This document shows positions 57,051 through 64,000 of a DNA stretch of 64,000 nucleotides, in pieces. Positions within the stretch are counted from its first letter, which is position 1, and each line of letters begins with the position of its first letter. Under the pieces are notes generated by a model. It saw only the letters and a list, made by a program, of their open reading frames with translations. It did not search any database and was not told where the DNA came from. A program made the position numbers and the translations under genes. Source of the DNA: Verrucomicrobiota bacterium (GTDB taxonomy: Bacteria; Verrucomicrobiota; Verrucomicrobiia; Limisphaerales; AAA164-E04); assembly GCA_047947115.1 (NCBI GenBank), contig CP170459.1:2528001-2592000 (forward strand). The letters run 5' to 3'.

Positions 57051-58106
57051 TCAGTCGATTGGGAGGGGCAAAGGGATGTTCCACTTTTCTGCCCAGGTTC
57101 CAAGTGATTTCAAAATGCCCGGGTGCAGTTGAACCCCGTTGGCCAGTTGTTCATGCCTTTTGCGCCAGGCTGATTCGCCGGGGAGACGTACAGGTTGCTC
57201 GGGCTTCACGGGTGTTGTTTCGTGGCAGGCTTTTACGAAGAAGTCCGACTCACGAATGAAGGATTCGGTTCCGCCAAAGGCAGCGGGATCGATGAGTTGG
57301 ATGAACACGGAAGCACCCCATTTTTGCGGCTTCTCCGATCGTCCACGGCCGGTCAATGCTGCGGTCATCATTTCCACCCACAAGCCAAAGGCAAACCCTT
57401 TGTGCCCGTATTCGGCTCCGCCCAACGGATAAATGGTTCCGGGAGGATTGGCAAAAAGTGCGCCGGGATCTTTGGTTGGGCTCCCCTCGGCGTTCTGTAC
57501 CCATTCTCCAGGTAGTGTTTGACCTTCTTTGTGGGAGCGCATGCATTGTCCGTTGCTGGTGATTGAAGTGCAGAAGTCGAACATGATGGGGACATCCGAT
57601 GTGGGGATGCCTACAGCAATAGGGTTCGGCGTGTAGAGTGCCTCCTTTCCGCCGAATGGCGCGACGGTTGCCACGGATGGATCGGAACTCATCAAGGTCA
57701 TCATCCATCCTTTGGATGTGGCTCGCGGAAGATAAGCCTGGAGACAGGCAATGTGGTGGCTTCGTGTGATAGCCATGGTGACAACGCCGTGCTCGGTCAT
57801 GCGTTCAGCCGCCCTGTCCAATGCGTGACATACGAGCCAGGGACCGGGCAGGTATTGGCCGTCGATGACCATGTTGTTGCCGGTGTCCCGGATGGTCTCA
57901 GGTTGGCCGGTTAACTGCATGTCACCTGCTTCCATACTTTTCAGATAGGGGACCAGCATTTGAAGTCCATGCGTGGTATGTCCCATGAGATCTCCTTCAA
58001 GCAGGATCTCGGCAATGATGTCTGTTTTTTCCGGATCGATTCCGGCGTGAACCATCAACTTGGCTGCAAAAGTTTTCAAAGACTCGGCTTCGTAGCGGGT
58101 GCTCAT
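57051..58106 (-). CDS. Ldh_2-family (malate/L-lactate/ureidoglycolate dehydrogenase-like) oxidoreductase
   Basis: DLMGHTTHG, SHHIA, PNPIAVG, GHKGFA and VRLPGE motifs. Confidence 0.9.
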   Translation of the reverse strand: MSTRYEAESLKTFAAKLMVHAGIDPEKTDIIAEILLEGDLMGHTTHGLQMLVPYLKSMEAGDMQLTGQPETIRDTGNNMVIDGQYLPGPWLVCHALDRAAERMTEHGVVTMAITRSHHIACLQAYLPRATSKGWMMTLMSSDPSVATVAPFGGKEALYTPNPIAVGIPTSDVPIMFDFCTSITSNGQCMRSHKEGQTLPGEWVQNAEGSPTKDPGALFANPPGTIYPLGGAEYGHKGFAFGLWVEMMTAALTGRGRSEKPQKWGASVFIQLIDPAAFGGTESFIRESDFFVKACHETTPVKPEQPVRLPGESAWRKRHEQLANGVQLHPGILKSLGTWAEKWNIPLPLPID

Positions 58107-58197
58107 GATGCCCGAACATTACAGGGCCATGAAAAGGAGACAAGGATTCATGTTTTTCAGTTGGTCAATGCTGTCCGGAATGATAGGTTCCATCTCC

Positions 58198-59139
58198 ATG
58201 GATCGACTTCCAAAACCAGATATCATATTAACCCACGAAAGTGATTTGGACGGATTGGTTTCCGGTTGCCTTTTGAAGCGACTGGCCCAGCACATGTTTC
58301 AAGTCGATGTGCCCCTGGCGGCCTATCATTTGCCTCATTGGCAAAACCGTCAGATGACTGAGCTTGCTGCGTGGGTATGTGACTTGACTTTGGATGCTCG
58401 AGTGGATCGTCAGGGATGGGTTGTGGTCGACCACCATCCATCGGCTCATCAGCCCAAGCGAGCGACATACGTATTTTCACAGGAGAAATCTGCCTCCAGG
58501 CTTTGTTATGATCTTCTGGAAAAGGAAGGCATTGGTAATCCCGAGCTGGAACGATTGGTGCATTTGACCAACGTAGCCGATTTGTTTCTGGAATCGGACC
58601 CCGACTTTGAGATGGCATGCGACTATGCTGAATTGGTCAAGGCCTATCATTTTCACCCCTTGGTGAAATTGTTGGAAGGCCGTGTCGAGTCCATTCTGAA
58701 TCATCCTTTGCTGGAAGTCATGCAAGTGAAGCGTTCGGTGGAGGATCCGATTGGGTTGGATTGGGCCAGGCGTCATCTGGAGCCCCTGGCTCCCGGGGTG
58801 TCGTCCGTGGACCTGGCCATTGGTAATCACAACGTGATCATGAATCAACTGTTGAAGGATTCGTCGCTCGAGGATCAGGTGCTGCTTTCCGTTTCGAGGC
58901 GGGCGCCGTACCAATATGGGGTCAGTTTACGCAGTCGCAATGGAAAGGCCCGTGACGTTGCTGTCCAATTGCATGGAGGCGGACACCCCAATGCAGCAGG
59001 AGCCACTTTGCCCAAGTCCGTTAAATCTGTTTCCACGGGATTGGACTACATTCGGCAGGTATTGTCCCCCAAGCAGGAATTGAAGCCTGACGGTGGGTTG
59101 TCGGACCTGGCATCAGCTTTGGATGCACTTCAGGATTGA
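58198..59139 (+). CDS. DHH/DHHA1 phosphoesterase
   Basis: THESDLDG, VVVDHH, SLRS and GGGHPNAAG motifs; start placed at MDRLPKP; the ORF track starts at 58099. Confidence 0.85.
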   Translation: MDRLPKPDIILTHESDLDGLVSGCLLKRLAQHMFQVDVPLAAYHLPHWQNRQMTELAAWVCDLTLDARVDRQGWVVVDHHPSAHQPKRATYVFSQEKSASRLCYDLLEKEGIGNPELERLVHLTNVADLFLESDPDFEMACDYAELVKAYHFHPLVKLLEGRVESILNHPLLEVMQVKRSVEDPIGLDWARRHLEPLAPGVSSVDLAIGNHNVIMNQLLKDSSLEDQVLLSVSRRAPYQYGVSLRSRNGKARDVAVQLHGGGHPNAAGATLPKSVKSVSTGLDYIRQVLSPKQELKPDGGLSDLASALDALQD

Positions 59140-59260
59140 GCTTCGGGCTGATCCGTTGATGTCGCCCAGGCGCGCGCCGCATCGTATTGCGGGCTTGTGC
59201 TGATCCGTAGAATAGTAAGGAAGCAGGTGACTGTTCCACCTGCTCGGGTGTTGAGGCTGG

Positions 59261-60370
59261 TTAATCCTTGGGAGAGCCCGACGCATCCATGACAGGGCCG
59301 GGCATTTTCTCCAAACTCTCACGCAGCAAAGAAGCTCTTCGGATGTCCCGCTCTTCCGGCGTTTTCTTCAGGGCTTCACCGTCTTTATTTTTTGCTTCGT
59401 ACTGGATGTGAGCCGGTTCGGTTACGATGAAAAGTTCATCCACGACCGCTGGATCCACATCGGGAAAGTAGCCCAGATCCAGCCCCAATCGAAGCAGACT
59501 CAGGAGGTTTTTTGCCTCTTTGGATGAGATGATATGGGAGTTGGTGAGGATGCCGTAAGCCCGTCCGATCTGATTGAACAGCATTTCGGGTTTTGTTTCG
59601 AGCAATTTGGCGCGGGCGTTCTCCTCGTTTTCGATCACCTGAAGGACCACCTTGTTCAGGCGTTCGATGATTTCCAGTTCGGATTCACCCAAGGTCATCT
59701 GGTTTGAAATCTGAAACACGTTGCCCAATGCTTCCGTACCTTCGCCATAGAGGCCTCGCACTGCCAGGCCAAGCTTGTTGACGGCAGTGATGGTTTGTTG
59801 CATGTGTTCGGCGATGACCAGCCCTGGCAGGTGCAGCATGGCACTTACCCGGATTCCGGTTCCAACATTGGTGGGGCAAGCTGTCAGGTAACCAAACTGG
59901 CTGGAGAAAGCGATGGGGAGCTTGGTTTCCACCATGGTGTCCAGTTTGTCGATGGCTTTCCACGCTTCCTTGATCTGCAAACCCGGAAGGATGGCCTGCA
60001 TGCGGAGATGATCTTCCTCATTGATCATCACGCAAAAAGTTTCATCCACACTCAGTACCATGGCCGCACCCTGGGTTTTCTTAGCCAGTTCCCGACTGAT
60101 CAAATGCCTTTCCACCAGAATTTGTCGATCCAGATCGGTCAACTTGGCGATTTCCTCCGAAAATCCTTCTTTCATGACCGGCATGGTTTCGATGACAGGT
60201 TGGACGGTTTGGAGGAGTTGTTGTCGTTCCTGCTTGTTGGCTTTGCCGGGGAAGGGGAGTTCCTGTAAATTACGGGCCAGCCGAACTCGACTTGTGAGTA
60301 CGACTCTGTCAAATGGGCCAGGACGTCTGCAGATGTCCTGGGTTGGAATCAGGAAATCATTGAGATTCAT
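59261..60370 (-). CDS. mcsB: Protein arginine kinase
   Basis: SRVRLARN, LVERHLIS, INEEDHLR, LTACPTNVGTG and QISNQMTLG motifs; overlaps mcsA by 4 nt. Confidence 0.95.
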   Translation of the reverse strand: MNLNDFLIPTQDICRRPGPFDRVVLTSRVRLARNLQELPFPGKANKQERQQLLQTVQPVIETMPVMKEGFSEEIAKLTDLDRQILVERHLISRELAKKTQGAAMVLSVDETFCVMINEEDHLRMQAILPGLQIKEAWKAIDKLDTMVETKLPIAFSSQFGYLTACPTNVGTGIRVSAMLHLPGLVIAEHMQQTITAVNKLGLAVRGLYGEGTEALGNVFQISNQMTLGESELEIIERLNKVVLQVIENEENARAKLLETKPEMLFNQIGRAYGILTNSHIISSKEAKNLLSLLRLGLDLGYFPDVDPAVVDELFIVTEPAHIQYEAKNKDGEALKKTPEERDIRRASLLRESLEKMPGPVMDASGSPKD

Positions 60371-60903
60371 GAGGTCGCCGTTTCGGTTTCGAATTCGCTG
60401 ATGGCATGGGCCAGAGCTTTGATGGAGTCCCGGATGATGGCGGCGTCTTCATACCGTTCATCTTTAATGGCTTTTTCCAGTTCTTTCTCAAGTTTCTTGG
60501 TCTTTGCCTCAAGTTCTCGCGTGTTGCGGAATCCTTTGGGGGTTTTTCCTTTGTGTCGAACGCCTTTGTGCATGGATCGGAGCATGTGTTCCAGTCCATC
60601 ATCAAACGTTGCATAGCATTCCGCACAGCCCAAGCGCCCTGTTTTCTTGAGGTCGGCTTGTGTATAGCCACATTTGGGGCAGTTGGACATGCCGGTCAGG
60701 GGCGTGGCTTTCGTCTTTGGCTGAGATTCGGTTGAGGACGGTCCGAGTCCGACCAGTAAATCCACCAATGAAATGCCGCTGGGATCATCGACCCCCTGTT
60801 TTTGGGCGCATGATTCACACATGTCCATCTTCTTGATCTCACCTTCCAGCATCTGTGTCAGGTGGACTGTGGCTTCATTTTGATTGCAGATGTTACAAAG
60901 CAT
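60367..60903 (-). CDS. mcsA: McsB activator with CxxC motifs and a UVR domain
   Basis: CNIC, CESC, CPKC, GRLGCAECY, HKGKTP and ERYEDAAIIRD motifs. Confidence 0.93.
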   Translation of the reverse strand: MLCNICNQNEATVHLTQMLEGEIKKMDMCESCAQKQGVDDPSGISLVDLLVGLGPSSTESQPKTKATPLTGMSNCPKCGYTQADLKKTGRLGCAECYATFDDGLEHMLRSMHKGVRHKGKTPKGFRNTRELEAKTKKLEKELEKAIKDERYEDAAIIRDSIKALAHAISEFETETATS

Positions 60904-60959
60904 AGTTCAGGCGGAGCGGGCCAGGCAATCTCTACCGGATTTCCCCAGCCGACGCTTTG

Positions 60960-60988
60960 AATGTAACTTGCCGGGCATAGAATTGCAA
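60960..60988 (-). promoter_or_regulatory. Putative sigma70 promoter for mcsAB
   Basis: Minus strand TTGCAA-17 nt-TACATT. Confidence 0.5.
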
Positions 60989-61047
60989 TTCAGCAATTGG
61001 GGCAAGTTGTAAGCCAGAATCCTTCGAAAGGATTTGTTCCTCGTCCA

Positions 61048-61914
61048 TTATATCGGTTCCCCTGATACCTTTGTTAATTCATGGTATTTGGCTTCCAATT
61101 GACGAGTTACTTTCCCGGGTTTTCCTTCCCCGATGATGCGCTTGTCAATCTTGACCACCGGGACGATCTCAGCTCCGCTACCGGTTAGAAAACACTCGTC
61201 CGCAATAAACAGATCATATCGGGTCAAATTTTTCTCCTCTACGGTAAAGCCTTCCTGTCTAGCTAGTTCTATGACCGTATTCCGCGTGATGCCATAGAGT
61301 GCTCCGGCAGCCAGTGGAGGTGTGAATATTTTGCCTTGATGCAGGATGAATATATTGTCTCCGGTGCATTCGGCCACAAAGCCTTCACTGTTCAGCATGA
61401 TGGCCTCTTCGCATCCCGCGTTGCTTGCTTCGATCTTTGCCAGGATGTTGTTCAAATAATTCAGCGATTTGATCGCCGGATTGACGGCGTTTACCAGGTT
61501 GCGGGAGGTGGCTGCCGTGATGATTTCCATCCCTTGTTCGTAAAATTCTCGAGGATAGAGCTGAATTTCGTTGGCAATGATGATTACAGAGGGCTTCTTG
61601 CATGAGTTGGGGCTCAGCCCCAGCGAGCCCACGCCCCGCGTTACGATCAGTCTGATATAACCATTGTCGAGACCATTCGCCCGGCAAGCCTCCACGACCG
61701 CCTGACACAGTGCTTCCTGGGTCATCGGGATGGTTAGAAGGATGGCTTTGGCAGAATAAAAGAGTCGTTCGATGTGCTCTCGCAGCTTGAATACGCGTTT
61801 GTGGTAGATGCGAATACCTTCGAAGACACCGTCTCCATACAATAGCCCGTGGTCAAAGACCGATATCTTTGCGTTCTCCTTGTCGTAATATTCACCGTCG
61901 ATGTAAATCTTCAT
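61048..61914 (-). CDS. ilvE: Branched-chain amino acid aminotransferase
   Basis: DHGLLYGDGVFEGIR, YIRLIVTRG, KSLNYLNN, ECTGDNIF, LYGITR and FLTGSGAE motifs. Confidence 0.93.
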   Translation of the reverse strand: MKIYIDGEYYDKENAKISVFDHGLLYGDGVFEGIRIYHKRVFKLREHIERLFYSAKAILLTIPMTQEALCQAVVEACRANGLDNGYIRLIVTRGVGSLGLSPNSCKKPSVIIIANEIQLYPREFYEQGMEIITAATSRNLVNAVNPAIKSLNYLNNILAKIEASNAGCEEAIMLNSEGFVAECTGDNIFILHQGKIFTPPLAAGALYGITRNTVIELARQEGFTVEEKNLTRYDLFIADECFLTGSGAEIVPVVKIDKRIIGEGKPGKVTRQLEAKYHELTKVSGEPI

Positions 61915-61986
61915 CTTTGCATCGGAGTTAAATCGAAGAAAGACCTTGCTGACAAGCAATTCTTTGGAAACTGGTCAGGAGATTTG

Positions 61987-63471
61987 TCACCTGCCGCTTC
62001 GAGAATTGTTTCCGATGGAAACTGGCTTTCGCGGTCGTGTTACCAGGGCGCCGACGGTTAATCCAATCAAGCAGACACAAAAAATCAGGTTGTTGGGGGA
62101 ACGGCTGGTCCATTGATCGAAGGGAGCCCAGGGAATAGGGAAACGGAAAAAGGCAAAATTCAGCAGAAAATATATCCAGGCATTCAGAATCAATAGGCTT
62201 CTGCAAAAATTGCGTCCATTCAGGGAGATGCGTGATCGTTCAGCCCAAAAGAAGCTGACGGCAATGGCAATGGTCATGGGGAGGATGAGGCAAAACACCC
62301 ATCCATATGCCCAATCCAGAAACTTCGCTTCATAAACCAAATGGCGAATCGTTTTCCCGGCAATCGGTAGCAATGTGATGGGAAGGCAAACCCAGAAAGG
62401 CCAGAAACGCCCTGCAGCCACTGCCAGAAAAGGCAACATGCCCATGGTGATGGCCAGGTCGGCAAATTGATCGAACGCCGGATAGTCCATAAAGCTCCAA
62501 CTGCACATTGCCAGCGCATAGATCCCAAACAATGCCCACTCAAATGATCCGGGAATTTGCGATTCCTCCTCACTGGTCGGGTCTGCTTGAATGAGGTGGC
62601 GGTTGACCCAGAGCCCCAAAGCCAGGACGGCCCCGAATATCAGGCCAAAGGTGGTTTCCATGATGTTCCACCAATTAAGGACCGCATCCAGTTGTTCGAT
62701 GAATCCCCCCTTGAACCATTCGGGATGCCACGCGTGAAATGCTTGCAGACATTGTCCGCCCGAAAAGCCCAGTCCCCCCCCCAGAACACCCCATATGCCC
62801 ATTCTTAGCGCCAGTGCGTCCCTGCGGAGAACCCCGGCATAGGCCCAGAGCCCAGTCAGCGCCAGAAGCATGCCGCCCCATTTCTCACGCCTTGGTTTAA
62901 GTTCGGCATCCGGCTCCCATTGCCAGTGATCCGAAAAGTAGATCCTTGGGAGATCTGCGTCCAGTGGGCGATAGGGTTCATTCAGTAGTAGGATTCCCAA
63001 AAAAATGAGAAAGATCATGCCGATAAACAAAAGTCCAAGTTCTCCGGTCCGGTAATGTTTGCCCCCCAGGGCCATGCCTAGAATAACTCCCGCGAAACCA
63101 ATCCAGATTCCCCCTTTGATGAAGAGTCCCAGCAACCCCCATTTCAATGCCGCTGTGTTGCCGATCAGGGGGGCGTCATGGGTAAGCCCGACCGTTTGCC
63201 CATAGGTCATACAGCCACCGAAGGATACTCCAATGGTGATCCAGGCGATGGCCCGGGCGGAAGACAGGGTGTTGAACATGGGGGCAAACAGCATGACCAG
63301 AACCGTTGCGACAAGCACTCCGGCGATCATGGCGCCTGTTTCGTGTCCATATTGTCCGCGGATGCCCCATCCCATACCGCCGGCCATGGCCGTCAGCAGC
63401 ATGGCCTTGCCCAGTGCGACAGTCGGATACCCGGACGACGTCGCAGTCATTTCATCGCTGTTCGCATTCAT
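61987..63471 (-). CDS. Conserved-looking polytopic membrane protein, unknown function
   Basis: About 13-14 hydrophobic segments; polar motifs GWGIRGQYGHE, MTYGQT and NWWNIMET; TTGCCA-17-TAGAGT promoter at 63520-63492 supports start 63471. Confidence 0.75.
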   Translation of the reverse strand: MNANSDEMTATSSGYPTVALGKAMLLTAMAGGMGWGIRGQYGHETGAMIAGVLVATVLVMLFAPMFNTLSSARAIAWITIGVSFGGCMTYGQTVGLTHDAPLIGNTAALKWGLLGLFIKGGIWIGFAGVILGMALGGKHYRTGELGLLFIGMIFLIFLGILLLNEPYRPLDADLPRIYFSDHWQWEPDAELKPRREKWGGMLLALTGLWAYAGVLRRDALALRMGIWGVLGGGLGFSGGQCLQAFHAWHPEWFKGGFIEQLDAVLNWWNIMETTFGLIFGAVLALGLWVNRHLIQADPTSEEESQIPGSFEWALFGIYALAMCSWSFMDYPAFDQFADLAITMGMLPFLAVAAGRFWPFWVCLPITLLPIAGKTIRHLVYEAKFLDWAYGWVFCLILPMTIAIAVSFFWAERSRISLNGRNFCRSLLILNAWIYFLLNFAFFRFPIPWAPFDQWTSRSPNNLIFCVCLIGLTVGALVTRPRKPVSIGNNSRSGR

Positions 63472-63741
63472 GGATTCTCGGAATGCTGCAAACTCTAGAG
63501 AAGGCACCCTTCCTTGGCAAGTAACCTTCTTGGCTGGAAACGTGCAAAAGGACGGTGTGGACAAATATGGCCGGTGAATTGGATGCCCTGCCAAACATCA
63601 TTCACTGAAAACCCAAGGGTAGTGCAGCGACGATGAACCAACTTTGAAGTCTGGAGATCTGCGCCATCCAAGATTCCTCTTCTGGAAGACTTCCTGGAAA
63701 CGGTTTTTTTCAGTGATTTTCTACCGGCAACCATCCTGTCA

Positions 63742-64000
63742 TCACCTCTCCAGTGGCAAACTGGAAGCGTCCGCTTTCAGGTCGCCCAGGACGTATTGGA
63801 TGCCGTCGAGATAATGTCGCACGATGGTTTTGTTCCAGAAGATGTCGTGCTGGTGGCCCAGGGCGGAGTAGAAAATGCGGCCTGTGCCGTAGTGTTTGAT
63901 CCAGCTCAAGGCAAAATCGCCGTCGGTTCGATGCACGCCTGATTTGTTTTTGAGGTTCACCTTGTGCTTGTCGATCCGAAACAGCACACGGAGGAGGGAT
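63742..64000 (-). CDS. ThuA-like domain protein, C-terminal part (runs off the window)
   Basis: LSWIKHYGTGRIFYSALGH...YLDGIQYVLGDL is the typical ThuA C-terminus. Confidence 0.8.
   Translation of the reverse strand, partial: SLLRVLFRIDKHKVNLKNKSGVHRTDGDFALSWIKHYGTGRIFYSALGHQHDIFWNKTIVRHYLDGIQYVLGDLKADASSLPLER

Overview
This 64-kb window is mostly core genome from a Verrucomicrobiota bacterium, probably Pedosphaerales-like. The evidence is 16S signature motifs, the PVC small basic protein and a DUF1553/DUF1501 pair. It contains addBA, gyrBA, a 2-oxoacid:ferredoxin oxidoreductase (korAB-like), a complete rRNA operon (16S-tRNA-Ala-tRNA-Ile-23S-5S), dusB, ilvE-mcsA-mcsB, an MsbA-like exporter and thiol-redox genes. 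PVC-typical accessory genes include a planctomycete cytochrome c/DUF1501/DoxX/di-heme cluster, a DUF2723 (TMEM260-like) glycosyltransferase, an EF-hand plus CotH kinase pair and a Sel1 protein. The most notable non-coding structure is a family of GTAG-type REP/REPIN mosaic elements: a 3-unit tandem array at 16.5-17.2 kb and copies at 26.5 kb and 34.2 kb. It is associated with a strand-oriented 7-bp-period motif (GAATAGTGAATT...) that recurs at gene 3' ends and twice supplies the stop codon. Other points: a PIN toxin-antitoxin pair with both genes broken, an unannotated 51-aa PVC signature protein after the 5S gene, and many genes with a -10 box only 6-9 nt before the start codon, which suggests leaderless mRNAs. 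No CRISPR array, prophage or intact transposase was seen. All calls come from motif recognition by eye; no searches were run.
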